Source: Candidatus Nanopelagicaceae bacterium
GTDB taxonomy: Bacteria > Actinomycetota > Actinomycetes > Nanopelagicales > Nanopelagicaceae
NCBI GenBank assembly: GCA_035441345.1
Contig: DAOROE010000001.1
Location: forward strand, 22,815 to 84,146
DNA length: 61,332 nt
Direction of reading: 5' to 3'
A program made the translations under genes and the position numbers. The notes under the pieces are model-generated. The model was not told the origin of the DNA, did not search any database, and was given only the letters and a program-made list of their open reading frames with translations. Below, piece after piece: positions 26,854 through 36,431 of this stretch. Position 1 is the first letter of the stretch. The number at the start of each line of letters is the position of its first letter.

Positions 26854-29800
26854 GTGAGCGCGTTGAAATCTGTCATCAAACCCAATGAAGGCTCGCTACG
26901 CATCGCCCTTAGATCCCGCGTTGTTATTGCGGACGGCGCCATGGGTACCATGATTCAGGCGGCAAATCCATCATTAGAAGATTTTCAAGGCCACGAAGGC
27001 TGCAATGAGATTCTCAATGTCACGAGACCTGAACTCATCGCTGAGATCCATCGGAAGTATCTCCAGGCAGGCGTTGATTCAATTGAGACGAATACTTTTG
27101 GAGCCAATTTGGCCAATCTCGGAGAGTATGGAATTCCGGAACGAATCTATGAGTTAGCTAAGGCTGGTGCTGAAATCGCACGTGCTGTAGCTGATGAATT
27201 CTCAAGCACCGAGAAACCCCGTTGGGTTTTAGGTTCTCTTGGCCCGGGAACAAAGCTTCCAACGCTGGGACATATTTCCTATCAAGAATTAAAAGATGCG
27301 TATCAAATTGCCTCACAAGGCTTGATCGATGGTGGCGCTGATGCGCTCCTTGTTGAAACAACTCAAGATCTTCTACAAGCTAAAGCGGCAGTCAATGGCG
27401 CACGAGCTGCTCGCGACAATTGCGAACGCGACATTGTGTTGATTGCCCAAGTAACAGTAGAAACAACAGGGACTATGTTGCTTGGTTCAGAAATCGGAGC
27501 CGCGCTTAATTCGCTCGCAGCCTTAGATGTGGATCTCATCGGCATGAACTGCGCAACTGGGCCCGCAGAAATGAGTGAACATCTCAGAACCTTGAGTAAA
27601 TCTTCTCCCATTGGTATTTCTTGTATGCCCAATGCAGGTCTTCCTGTTCTCAAAGATGGTGGTGCCTACTACCCGCTCGGACCAGATGAACTTGCCACAT
27701 CACTTTCTACCTTTGTGGATGAGTATGGCGTTGGGCTGATTGGCGGATGTTGCGGCACCACACCGGAGCATCTAGCGGCCGTTGTAGCAAAATTGGATCG
27801 CCATCATTCTCTAGAGCGTCAACCGAAGTTGGAATCTGGCGCTTCATCTCTCTATCAATTCGTTCCTTTTCGTCAGGATCAGACCTATTTGGCGATTGGC
27901 GAGCGAACCAACGCCAACGGCAGTAGAGCGTTTCGGGATGCACTTATCGCTGAAGATTGGGAGAAGTGCGTAGAGATTGCAAAGGATCAGATTCGCGAAG
28001 GTGCGCATCTCCTTGATCTATCTGTTGATTATGTAGGTCGCGACGGTGTTCGAGATATGACTGAGTTAGCTAAACGTTTTGCAACCGCAACAACTCTGCC
28101 CATAATGCTCGATTCGACCGAGCCATCAGTAATAAGAGCGGGATTAGAAAATTTAGGCGGTCGTTGTGTTATCAATTCAGTTAATTATGAAGATGGTGAT
28201 GGTCCAGATTCGCGCTTTGCCAAAATCATGCCGATCGCTAAGGAACATGGCGCAGCGTTAGTCGCTCTTACGATAGATGAAGAGGGACAAGCTCGAGACA
28301 AAGAATGGAAGCTACGCGTTGCTAGGCGTCTCATAACCGACCTCACTGAGAAGTGGAATATACGAGTTTCGGACATAATCATTGATTGCTTAACTTTCCC
28401 AATTGCCACCGGGCAAGAAGAGACGCGACGTGATGCGATAGAAACTATTGATGCGATTCGTCAGTTGAAAATCGAGTTCCCTGATGTACAAACAACGCTG
28501 GGTGTAAGTAACGTATCTTTTGGTCTCAATCCCGCGGCTCGAATTGTCCTCAATTCGGTCTTTCTAGCCGAAGCGGTCAATGCGGGGCTTGATAGCGCGA
28601 TTGTGCATCCATCGAAGATTTCTCCCATGAATCGCATTCCCCAGGAACAGCGCGATGTCGCACTTGATTTAATTTATGATCGTAGAACTTTTGACGGAGA
28701 AACGTGCACATACGATCCATTAGCGCGCTTTTTAGATTTGTTTGAAGGGGTCGAAGTTACATCGACTCGTCAATCTCGGGCCGCAGAGTTGGCTGCTCTA
28801 CCTTTAACCGAACGTCTTGTGAAGCGAATCATCGATGGTGAAAAGCAGGGATTAGCTGAAGATCTTGAGACTGCCCGCCTCAATGGAATTGCGCCACTTG
28901 TCATAATCAATGATTATCTTCTCGAAGGCATGAAAGTTGTGGGAGAGCTCTTTGGAAAAGGAGAGATGCAACTTCCTTTCGTTCTGCAGTCAGCAGAAGT
29001 CATGAAAGCTGCTGTGGCGCTTCTTGAGCCACATATGGAGAAATCAGACTCTAGCGATCGTGGATCCATTCTTCTTGCGACCGTGAAAGGCGATGTTCAC
29101 GATATCGGAAAAAATCTCGTGGATATTATTCTTACAAATAATGGCTTCCGCGTGGTCAATATCGGAATTAAGCAGACTATAAATCAGATTATTGAAGCCG
29201 CTGAAAGCAGCAATGTTGATGTCATCGGCATGAGCGGCTTGCTTGTTAAATCAACGGTGATCATGAAGGAAAATCTCGAAGAGTTAGAAAATCGAGGGCT
29301 TTCGACAAAGTGGCCGGTTCTCCTTGGCGGCGCTGCGCTCACGAGAACATTTGTTGAAAGTGATCTAGCAAGTAAATTTCCGGGAACTGTTCGCTACGCG
29401 CGTGATGCTTTTGAAGGTTTATCTCTGATGGATGCGATAATGGGAGAGAAGAAGGGTTTGCCAGGAATATCTCTGCCGCCATTGAAAGAACGGCGAACAC
29501 GAGTTGTTTCTACCGATGCGCCCTCCACTACCGACACAACACGAAGCGATGTCTCCGATTCCAATCCCATTCCTCATGCGCCATTTTTTGGTTCCCGAGT
29601 TGTTAAAGGAATTGCACTCAACGAGTACAGCTCGATGCTTGATGAACGCGCTCTTTTTGTTGGGCAATGGGGTTTAAAAGGTGGCAAGGGTAGTTATGAA
29701 GATATGGTTGAAAATGAGGGTCGACCTCGTCTTCGCGCTCTACTTAACGAGGCACAATCTCAAGGTTGGCTTAATGCAGCGGTTGTATATGGATATTTTC

Positions 29801-30363
29801 CTTGTTATAGCGAGGGCAATGATCTTGTCATACTTCATCATGAGGGAGAGAAATCAGGAAGCGAGAGAGTTCGCTTCACCTTCCCACGCCAACGACGAGA
29901 TCGCCGGCTCTGCATTAGCGATTTTTTCCGCTCCAAAGACTCGGGGCAGACTGATGTCGTCGCCTTCCATATCGTTACCATGGGGCAATCGGTAAGTGAA
30001 GCCACCAGCAAACTTTTCGCTGCGAATAATTATCGCGAGTATTTAGAACTGCATGGTTTAGGTGTGCAATTAACTGAAGCGCTCGCCGAACGTTGGCATG
30101 CGCGCATCAGGTCCGAGTTGAATTTTGGAAAAGAAGACAGTTCACAGTTGGATGAAATTCTCGATCAAGGCTACAGAGGTTCTCGTTACAGCTTTGGATA
30201 CCCTGCATGTCCAGATCTAGAGCAGCAGGTTCAATTATGCCAATTGCTGCAGCCAGACCGTATTGGAGTATCGCTCTCAGAAGAGTTCCAACTTCATCCT
30301 GAACAGAGCACATCTGCCATCATTGTTCATCATCCAGAAGCGAAGTACTTCAATGCTCAGTAA
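26854..30363 (+). CDS. metH: cobalamin-dependent methionine synthase
   Basis: 1169 aa with Hcy-binding, pterin-binding, B12-binding (GDVHDIGKN) and AdoMet-activation domains in canonical order. Confidence 0.95.
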   Translation: MSALKSVIKPNEGSLRIALRSRVVIADGAMGTMIQAANPSLEDFQGHEGCNEILNVTRPELIAEIHRKYLQAGVDSIETNTFGANLANLGEYGIPERIYELAKAGAEIARAVADEFSSTEKPRWVLGSLGPGTKLPTLGHISYQELKDAYQIASQGLIDGGADALLVETTQDLLQAKAAVNGARAARDNCERDIVLIAQVTVETTGTMLLGSEIGAALNSLAALDVDLIGMNCATGPAEMSEHLRTLSKSSPIGISCMPNAGLPVLKDGGAYYPLGPDELATSLSTFVDEYGVGLIGGCCGTTPEHLAAVVAKLDRHHSLERQPKLESGASSLYQFVPFRQDQTYLAIGERTNANGSRAFRDALIAEDWEKCVEIAKDQIREGAHLLDLSVDYVGRDGVRDMTELAKRFATATTLPIMLDSTEPSVIRAGLENLGGRCVINSVNYEDGDGPDSRFAKIMPIAKEHGAALVALTIDEEGQARDKEWKLRVARRLITDLTEKWNIRVSDIIIDCLTFPIATGQEETRRDAIETIDAIRQLKIEFPDVQTTLGVSNVSFGLNPAARIVLNSVFLAEAVNAGLDSAIVHPSKISPMNRIPQEQRDVALDLIYDRRTFDGETCTYDPLARFLDLFEGVEVTSTRQSRAAELAALPLTERLVKRIIDGEKQGLAEDLETARLNGIAPLVIINDYLLEGMKVVGELFGKGEMQLPFVLQSAEVMKAAVALLEPHMEKSDSSDRGSILLATVKGDVHDIGKNLVDIILTNNGFRVVNIGIKQTINQIIEAAESSNVDVIGMSGLLVKSTVIMKENLEELENRGLSTKWPVLLGGAALTRTFVESDLASKFPGTVRYARDAFEGLSLMDAIMGEKKGLPGISLPPLKERRTRVVSTDAPSTTDTTRSDVSDSNPIPHAPFFGSRVVKGIALNEYSSMLDERALFVGQWGLKGGKGSYEDMVENEGRPRLRALLNEAQSQGWLNAAVVYGYFPCYSEGNDLVILHHEGEKSGSERVRFTFPRQRRDRRLCISDFFRSKDSGQTDVVAFHIVTMGQSVSEATSKLFAANNYREYLELHGLGVQLTEALAERWHARIRSELNFGKEDSSQLDEILDQGYRGSRYSFGYPACPDLEQQVQLCQLLQPDRIGVSLSEEFQLHPEQSTSAIIVHHPEAKYFNAQ

Positions 30364-31039
30364 TTTTCCTTTCAAAGCTGTTCTCTGGGATATGGATGGC
30401 ACATTGATTAATAGTGAGCCCCTGTGGATTGAACAAGAGCGTGCCATGATGAATGAACTTGGCGCGCAATGGAGCGATGAGGATGCTCTGCATTGTGTAG
30501 GAGGACCCATGGCTCGGGTTGATGCTTTTATGCAAAGTAAGCTTCCTGCGGAACATCAAGATCGATTCAAACCATTAGAGCTCACCAACTCTCTGTTAGC
30601 GCGCATGGAGAAACGTTTCGCCCAAGGAGTTGAATTCGCTCCCGGCGCCCAAGAATTGATGAGTGAAATGAAGGCTCATTCGATCCCGCTCGCCCTCGTA
30701 TCAGCATCATCGCGACCACTTGTAAATGCCGCATTAGTGAGTATTGGAGAGAAGAATTTCAATATTACGATCTCCGATAATGATGTAGCTCAATCCAAGC
30801 CTCACCCAGAGGGTTATTTGCTCGCCGCACAGAAACTCTCAGTAGCTATTGAGAACTGTCTTGTTATCGAAGATTCGATCACAGGCGTTACTGCGGCAAT
30901 CGAGTCAGGGGCATACGTATTGGGGTTGCCGCACTTCTCAGCGCTTCCTGAAGGACCAAAAGTGATTCATATGAAGTCGCTCGAAGGCGTGACTCTTTCA
31001 ACCATCACTGATGCTTTCACAGCACTCATCAGCGCATAA
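30353..31039 (+). CDS. HAD-family hydrolase (beta-phosphoglucomutase-like subfamily IA)
   Basis: VLWDMDGTLINSE, VSAS and EDSITG motifs. The start at 30353 overlaps the metH end by 11 nt. Confidence 0.8.
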   Translation: MLSNFPFKAVLWDMDGTLINSEPLWIEQERAMMNELGAQWSDEDALHCVGGPMARVDAFMQSKLPAEHQDRFKPLELTNSLLARMEKRFAQGVEFAPGAQELMSEMKAHSIPLALVSASSRPLVNAALVSIGEKNFNITISDNDVAQSKPHPEGYLLAAQKLSVAIENCLVIEDSITGVTAAIESGAYVLGLPHFSALPEGPKVIHMKSLEGVTLSTITDAFTALISA

Positions 31040-31061
31040 CTAACGAGGGGATAATCGAGGA

Positions 31062-31919
31062 ATGAAGTCGCAAGGAACCGGACCGCTCCAGGCGGGTGAT
31101 CGAGTACAGCTAACAGATGAACGCGGCAAAATGTATTCCTTTTATCTTGCTGAAGGTGGTCAATGGCATTCACATAAAGGATGGATTAATCACGCCGACA
31201 TTATTGGTTTAGATGAAGGCTCTACTGTCCAATCAAATTCCGGAACTAAGTATCAAGTTCTACGCCCTCTTCTCAACGATTACGTACTCTCTATGCCGCG
31301 AGGCGCAACCATTGTTTATCCCAAAGACTCCGCAATTATTGTTGGCTTTGCCGACATTTTTCCTGGTGCGAAAGTTCTTGAGGCGGGAGCGGGCAGTGGC
31401 GCCCTAGCAATCAGCCTCCTTCGTGCTATCGGAGATGGTGCACTTGTTTCGTATGAGATGCGGGATGAATTCCTAGAGAATGCCCGTGACAATGTCCGTA
31501 AATACTTCGGAAAACTTCCAGAAAACTGGACTCTTGTTCACGATCAGGTGCAGAACGGAGATTTCGCGGGTGATTTCGACCGGGTGATCTTTGACATGCT
31601 CGCACCATGGGAATGTCTCGATGTTGCTTACCAAGCGTTGAAGCCTGGAGGAGTTCTCTGTTGCTATGTTGCAACAACAACTCAGTTATCAAAAGTCGCA
31701 GAAGCAATAAAGGCAAGCAACAAGTTCTCCGAACCAGAGAGCTTTGAAACTCTCTTGCGTTCGTGGCACCATGAAGGTTTAGCAGTGCGTCCTATGCATT
31801 CGATGAATGCGCATACTGGCTTTTTGCTCTTTACTCGCAAGTTGGCGGAGGGAACTCCACCAATCCGTCGAAAGCGTCGACCCTCAAAAGGTCAGATTGA
31901 GAACTCTGAAATTAACTAA
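31062..31919 (+). CDS. trmI: tRNA (adenine58-N1)-methyltransferase
   Basis: GDRVQLTDERGKMY... N-terminal beta domain and VLEAGAGSGALA SAM motif. Rv2118c-like. Confidence 0.85.
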   Translation: MKSQGTGPLQAGDRVQLTDERGKMYSFYLAEGGQWHSHKGWINHADIIGLDEGSTVQSNSGTKYQVLRPLLNDYVLSMPRGATIVYPKDSAIIVGFADIFPGAKVLEAGAGSGALAISLLRAIGDGALVSYEMRDEFLENARDNVRKYFGKLPENWTLVHDQVQNGDFAGDFDRVIFDMLAPWECLDVAYQALKPGGVLCCYVATTTQLSKVAEAIKASNKFSEPESFETLLRSWHHEGLAVRPMHSMNAHTGFLLFTRKLAEGTPPIRRKRRPSKGQIENSEIN

Positions 31920-32424
31920 TGTTGATCAAATCAACAACGAAAATCAGCGTTTCATTTGGACCAATTGGTCCGCCACCAGCCTCGCCGTATCCAAGTGCGG
32001 GTGGAATGACGAGCAAACGACGTCCACCAACTTTCATTCCAGGAATGCCTTGTTGCCACCCAAGAATCACTTGATTCAAACCGAATGTTGCGGGTTCGCC
32101 GCTCCATGAACTTTCGACAACTTCACCTGTCGACCATGCCATTAAGGTGTAATGAACAGTCAGAGTTGAATTCGCCTCTGCTGTGGCGCCAGATCCCGCA
32201 ATAACATCTTCCGTAACAAGTTCTTGTGGAGGATTTCCCGTGGGAGCGGTGATGGTTGGTGCTTCGTTTGCAGCTCCTGATACTTGAGGCATATTTTCTC
32301 CCGTCGATTGAGACTGCGTTGAATTACCCATGGGTGAATCTGATGGATTACCACCATCAGTCGTGCAGCCCGCGAGCAGCACTAAAGATGCTAAAGCGAT
32401 TGATACGGTGCGCATTTTCGTCAT
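31912..32424 (-). CDS. FKBP-type peptidyl-prolyl isomerase lipoprotein
   Basis: Lipobox LLAGC after a signal peptide. FKBP core (VHYTLMAW..., GWQQGIPGMKVGGRR, YGEAG). Confidence 0.88.
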   Translation of the reverse strand: MTKMRTVSIALASLVLLAGCTTDGGNPSDSPMGNSTQSQSTGENMPQVSGAANEAPTITAPTGNPPQELVTEDVIAGSGATAEANSTLTVHYTLMAWSTGEVVESSWSGEPATFGLNQVILGWQQGIPGMKVGGRRLLVIPPALGYGEAGGGPIGPNETLIFVVDLINIS

Positions 32425-32430
32425 GGGCGG

Positions 32431-32484
32431 ACTTTAGCAAGCCCTCAAGAAAAAACCGCGCAGGCCTTGATAAGCCGCTAATCT
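32431..32484. promoter_or_regulatory. divergent -10 pair: TAAAGT (minus, 32431-32436) for the FKBP gene and TAATCT (plus, 32479-32484) for pafB
   Basis: Each hexamer is 6 nt from its ATG. Confidence 0.5.
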
Positions 32485-32490
32485 CACCTT

Positions 32491-33456
32491 ATGTCGAGCG
32501 CCAAAACCGAACGCTTAGTGAATCTCACTATGGCACTTCTCGCTACGCAACGATATATGCGAAAGAGCGAGATTTTCAGAAAAGTGGCGGGCTACAGCGG
32601 AAGTGAAGAGACAAAAGAGCGAATGTTCGAACGCGATAAAGATGATTTACGTGCGCTCGGAATTGAGATTGAGGTAGCTTCTCACGATCCGCTTTTTGAG
32701 GATGAACCTGGGTATCGAATTCGTCCAGACACCTATCGCATGCCGACAGCGGATTTTTCTCTGGAGGAGCTAGGAATTCTTACAACAGCACTTGGTCTGT
32801 GGCTTGATAGCGGATTAGAAGATTTAGCAGTGAGTGCCGCGCGACGTTTTCGTTCGTTTGGTGAAATAAGCGATGTAGACCTCTTTGCCTCACCGAATAC
32901 ATCTGAATTTTCCGAAGCCGGTCTCTTGGAGATAACTAAAGCGCTCGCGAACCGAAGTCGGATTGATTTTGACTACAAAAAACCTGATGCAGCCAGCTCC
33001 CAAGGGCGCTCTGTCTATCCACTGGGCTTAAGTGCATGGAAGGGTTCGTGGTATCTCGTAGGAGAAGATTTGGATCGCGACGATATTCGAGTTTTTAAGC
33101 TTTCCAGAGTTACATCGAAGATTGAAGTAGCAAAGAAGCGCGACATGTACCAAATTCCTGAAGATTTCAGTGTGAGGGATTACCTCGTTATGCATGACAA
33201 AGCGGAGTTAAGGATTACAGCGCTAGTGATGAAAGGAAGAGCCCATTCGGTTCGCGCTAAAGCAATCACAATTGAAGCGCTCGCAGACTCAGATCTATCT
33301 CAAGATTGGGAGAGGGTGACTTATTCTGCGGAAAATCTGGAAAGCGCGTTACGTGAGGCTCTCTGGTATTCAGATTCTCTGATTGTTCAATCACCAGAAG
33401 ACGTACGCCGAGGAGTTATTGATTCCCTCATGAACGTGGTGGCTAATCATGGTTGA
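32491..33456 (+). CDS. pafB: WYL-domain transcriptional regulator PafB
   Basis: N-terminal wHTH (ERLVNLTMALLATQRYMRKSEI), central WYL region (GSWYLVGED). Paired with pafC upstream of tatA-tatC. Confidence 0.75.
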   Translation: MSSAKTERLVNLTMALLATQRYMRKSEIFRKVAGYSGSEETKERMFERDKDDLRALGIEIEVASHDPLFEDEPGYRIRPDTYRMPTADFSLEELGILTTALGLWLDSGLEDLAVSAARRFRSFGEISDVDLFASPNTSEFSEAGLLEITKALANRSRIDFDYKKPDAASSQGRSVYPLGLSAWKGSWYLVGEDLDRDDIRVFKLSRVTSKIEVAKKRDMYQIPEDFSVRDYLVMHDKAELRITALVMKGRAHSVRAKAITIEALADSDLSQDWERVTYSAENLESALREALWYSDSLIVQSPEDVRRGVIDSLMNVVANHG

Positions 33457-34366
33457 GGCAGCCGCAGCCCGCGCAATTCGATTGCTCGATCTTGTGCCAT
33501 ATCTCGTCTCTCACTCGGGAATCTCGGTGACTTTACTCGCAAAGGAATTTGGCGTAGGAAAAGAAGAGATACTGAAGGATCTCAATCTTCTATTCATGTG
33601 TGGTCTTCCGGGCTATACGCCACTTGAACTTATCGATATCTCTTTCGATGACGAGGTAGTTGTTGTTCGCGATCCACAGAATTTAAATGCGCCCCGTAAT
33701 CTAACGGAATCGGAATCCATAGCCTTAAGGATTGCACTTGCGGCGCTTTTGGAGACCACGCCACGAACCAGCCCGAATTATGTGAAGATAATGGAGCTCA
33801 CAAACAAAATCTCATCCGCCTTTGCTAATCAAGTCCCTCAAGGGGCGATTGAGTTCACTGCAGATCGAGAGAAAGCTACGATCGAGGCGATTGAACGAGC
33901 ACTCAAAGAAAACTTGGATATCGAAATTGAATACCTCAATCGCGCTAAAGATGAAATAACCCGACGTGTGGTGACGCCTAGGTATGTTTCCCTTGGTTCA
34001 CATCGACCTTCGCTATCTGGGTACTGCCACTCTGCACGTGCAGAACGAAGCTTTGTTATCTCCAATATTGCTGCGATAAAGTTATTGCAACGAACCCAGA
34101 TTGAGACTGTTATTTCCGTCAATGCCGAGGATGCGCTCACGGTTGAGATTTCGGTTGCAGGCGCTGATACCAATTTCGTCTCATCAAATCGCGATCTTCT
34201 GACTGAAGTAGGGAAGAACCGTTACCAACTTGAGGTCTTTCAGGACGAATGGATTGTTCGCTCCGTCATGAGTGAACCAGTAGGTCTACAACTACTTAAA
34301 CCAACAACCGTTCGGGAAGCAGTAAAGAAGCGGGCAGAGGATGCGCTTCATTTATACGGCAGATAA
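33449..34366 (+). CDS. pafC: WYL-domain transcriptional regulator PafC
   Basis: Paralogous architecture. 8-nt overlap with pafB. Conserved order pafB-pafC-tatA-tatC-helY. Confidence 0.75.
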   Translation: MVEAAAARAIRLLDLVPYLVSHSGISVTLLAKEFGVGKEEILKDLNLLFMCGLPGYTPLELIDISFDDEVVVVRDPQNLNAPRNLTESESIALRIALAALLETTPRTSPNYVKIMELTNKISSAFANQVPQGAIEFTADREKATIEAIERALKENLDIEIEYLNRAKDEITRRVVTPRYVSLGSHRPSLSGYCHSARAERSFVISNIAAIKLLQRTQIETVISVNAEDALTVEISVAGADTNFVSSNRDLLTEVGKNRYQLEVFQDEWIVRSVMSEPVGLQLLKPTTVREAVKKRAEDALHLYGR

Positions 34367-34375
34367 AGGCGTTTT

Positions 34376-34389
34376 GGGGTACATGTACC
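34376..34389. repeat. perfect 14-bp palindrome GGGTACATGTACCC in the pafC-tatA spacer
   Basis: Read directly from the sequence. Preceded by TTTT. Function unknown (operator or small hairpin). Confidence 0.5.
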
Positions 34390-34447
34390 CTCCCAGAATC
34401 GCGTGGTAGGTTTGCGTTCTCGTAAGGAAGCTCTGAAAGGCGGACAC

Positions 34448-34636
34448 ATGTTCGGTCTACGCGAACCATCACACTGGCTATTACTTATCCTCGTCGTTGT
34501 CATTCTCTTCGGAGCCAAGCGCCTTCCTGACTCAGCTCGTTCTCTCGGTCGTTCGCTCCGTATCTTCAAGAGCGAAGTTAAAGAATTGAACAAGGAAGAT
34601 AAGAAGAACCAAGACGGAGACCAACCTTCTCAGTAG
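34448..34636 (+). CDS. tatA: twin-arginine translocase subunit TatA
   Basis: [41 protein letters not shown] is the canonical TatA transmembrane segment plus amphipathic helix. AAAGGCGGA lies upstream. The track start at 34403 is rejected. Confidence 0.9.
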   Translation: MFGLREPSHWLLLILVVVILFGAKRLPDSARSLGRSLRIFKSEVKELNKEDKKNQDGDQPSQ

Positions 34637-34649
34637 TTCTACTTATTTA

Positions 34650-34666
34650 GCGCGCTACCAGCGCGC
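34650..34666 (+). promoter_or_regulatory. GC-rich stem-loop between tatA and tatC
   Basis: GCGCGCT-ACC-AGCGCGC: 7-bp perfect stem, no U-tract. Confidence 0.4.
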
Positions 34667-34703
34667 ACAACGAGACTGTTGAGTAATGAGTAGGTAGGGA
34701 GAT

Positions 34704-35537
34704 ATGGCATCCAGGAATCGCAGCACTATGCCGCTGCTGGAGCATCTCCGTGAACTTCGCAAACGAGTAATTCGTTCAGCGCTCTTCATTGTAATTTTTT
34801 CAGTCGTTGGCTGGATGCAGTACAACACAATCATCACAACACTCTCGAGCCCGGTCTGCGATTTAAGGGCTGCCCAAGAAAGTGGAAGCGCTAGTTGTGG
34901 AGCCCTATACATTAGCGGCGTCTTAGGGCCGCTCAATCTTCAGCTTAAAGTTTCATTCCTTACAGGAGTTATTCTCGCCGCTCCTTTCTGGCTCTATCAA
35001 ATCTGGGCATTTATTGCCCCTGCGCTGCATCGAAAAGAGAAAAGAAACTCTATTCTCTTCATTATCGCTGCAACTCCTTTCTTTGCACTTGGCGCTACTT
35101 TGGCGTACATCGTCCTTCCGCTTGCGATCGAGGTGCTCTTTGGTTTCACGCCAGAATCATTGAATAACCTGATTCGTTTCGATGATTACCTAGATTTTGT
35201 GCTTCGACTTATTTTGATTTTCGGAATCGCCTTCGAACTGCCAGTATTTCTCGTCTCTCTCAATTTGGTGGGAGTCCTCTCGGGTAAATCAATCCTGCGG
35301 CCTTGGCGTTTTGCGATTTTTGCCATCACGTTCTTTGTGGCGGCTTTCTCGCCCACAGCAGATCCGCTATCGATGGCAGCGCTCGCAGTACCTTTGATAG
35401 TCCTCTACTTCGGATCAGGCGGAATCGGTCTGCTCGTTGATAAACGCCGTGACCGTAAATCACGTTCGGTTGCAGATGATGAAGCTGCTCCAATCGGGGA
35501 GGTAGCGCCCATAGAAGAACCCACTCCTGAAGCTTAG
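34704..35537 (+). CDS. tatC: twin-arginine translocase subunit TatC
   Basis: MPLLEHLRELRKRVI N-terminus and six transmembrane segments. Confidence 0.9.
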   Translation: MASRNRSTMPLLEHLRELRKRVIRSALFIVIFSVVGWMQYNTIITTLSSPVCDLRAAQESGSASCGALYISGVLGPLNLQLKVSFLTGVILAAPFWLYQIWAFIAPALHRKEKRNSILFIIAATPFFALGATLAYIVLPLAIEVLFGFTPESLNNLIRFDDYLDFVLRLILIFGIAFELPVFLVSLNLVGVLSGKSILRPWRFAIFAITFFVAAFSPTADPLSMAALAVPLIVLYFGSGGIGLLVDKRRDRKSRSVADDEAAPIGEVAPIEEPTPEA

Positions 35538-35558
35538 AAAGGTTTAGGCTACAAAACT

Positions 35559-36431
35559 ATGTGGCTCCTCTTAAGCAACCCAACATCAGGAGGCGGTAAG
35601 GGGAGAAAGTATCTCCACATCATCAAGGATTATCTGGATGCAAACAATCTTCCATATCGGGACATCACGTCGACTTCATACGAATTGGCATCCGAGGCGC
35701 TTAAGAAATCTCTCAACCAACACGGTAGCCATATCTCCGGCGTATTTGTGATTGGCGGAGATGGAATGGTTCACCTTGCGGTTCAAGAGTTGGCAAATAG
35801 GAGTATTCCTCTAGCTCTGATTCCAGCAGGCACGGGAAATGATTTTGCACGGTCTCTCAATTTGCCACTCGATGCTCCACTGCAGTTATTGAAAACTTAT
35901 CTTGCAAGCACACCTATTCATCTTGATCTTGGTCAGGTAAACGATGAGATTTTCGCCGATATTCTCAGCACTGGATTTGATTCAGTTGTTAACGAACGAG
36001 CCAATAGGATGCGTCTGATCAGAGGAAGGATGAAATACAACATCGCAATTCTTCTCGAGCTCTCCACTTTCAAACCTAAAAGCTACGAGTTCCGCGTCGA
36101 TTCGGTTTCTTTTACGACTAAAGCTATGTTGATTGCGGTCTCAAACGGAATTAGTTATGGGGGAGGGATGAAGGTAACCCCTAATGCCGAGTTGGATGAT
36201 GGCCTCTTTGACATCATGGTTCTTGGACCAGTCTCTAAATTTGAGTTCCTCAAGGTTTTCCCGAAGGTCTTTTCGGGTGGTCATGTTTCCCATCCTGCTG
36301 TGAAAATCCTTCGGGGTAAGGAAGTTTCGATCACATCAGATGCCGTTGCATACGCCGATGGCGAGCGAATAGGGAACCTTCCAATCAAGGCGAGAGTCAT
36401 GCCCAAAGCCCTACTGACGTGGCGACTATGA
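35559..36431 (+). CDS. diacylglycerol/lipid kinase, YegS/DagK family
   Basis: NPTSGGGKG and GGDGMVH motifs. Confidence 0.85.
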   Translation: MWLLLSNPTSGGGKGRKYLHIIKDYLDANNLPYRDITSTSYELASEALKKSLNQHGSHISGVFVIGGDGMVHLAVQELANRSIPLALIPAGTGNDFARSLNLPLDAPLQLLKTYLASTPIHLDLGQVNDEIFADILSTGFDSVVNERANRMRLIRGRMKYNIAILLELSTFKPKSYEFRVDSVSFTTKAMLIAVSNGISYGGGMKVTPNAELDDGLFDIMVLGPVSKFEFLKVFPKVFSGGHVSHPAVKILRGKEVSITSDAVAYADGERIGNLPIKARVMPKALLTWRL

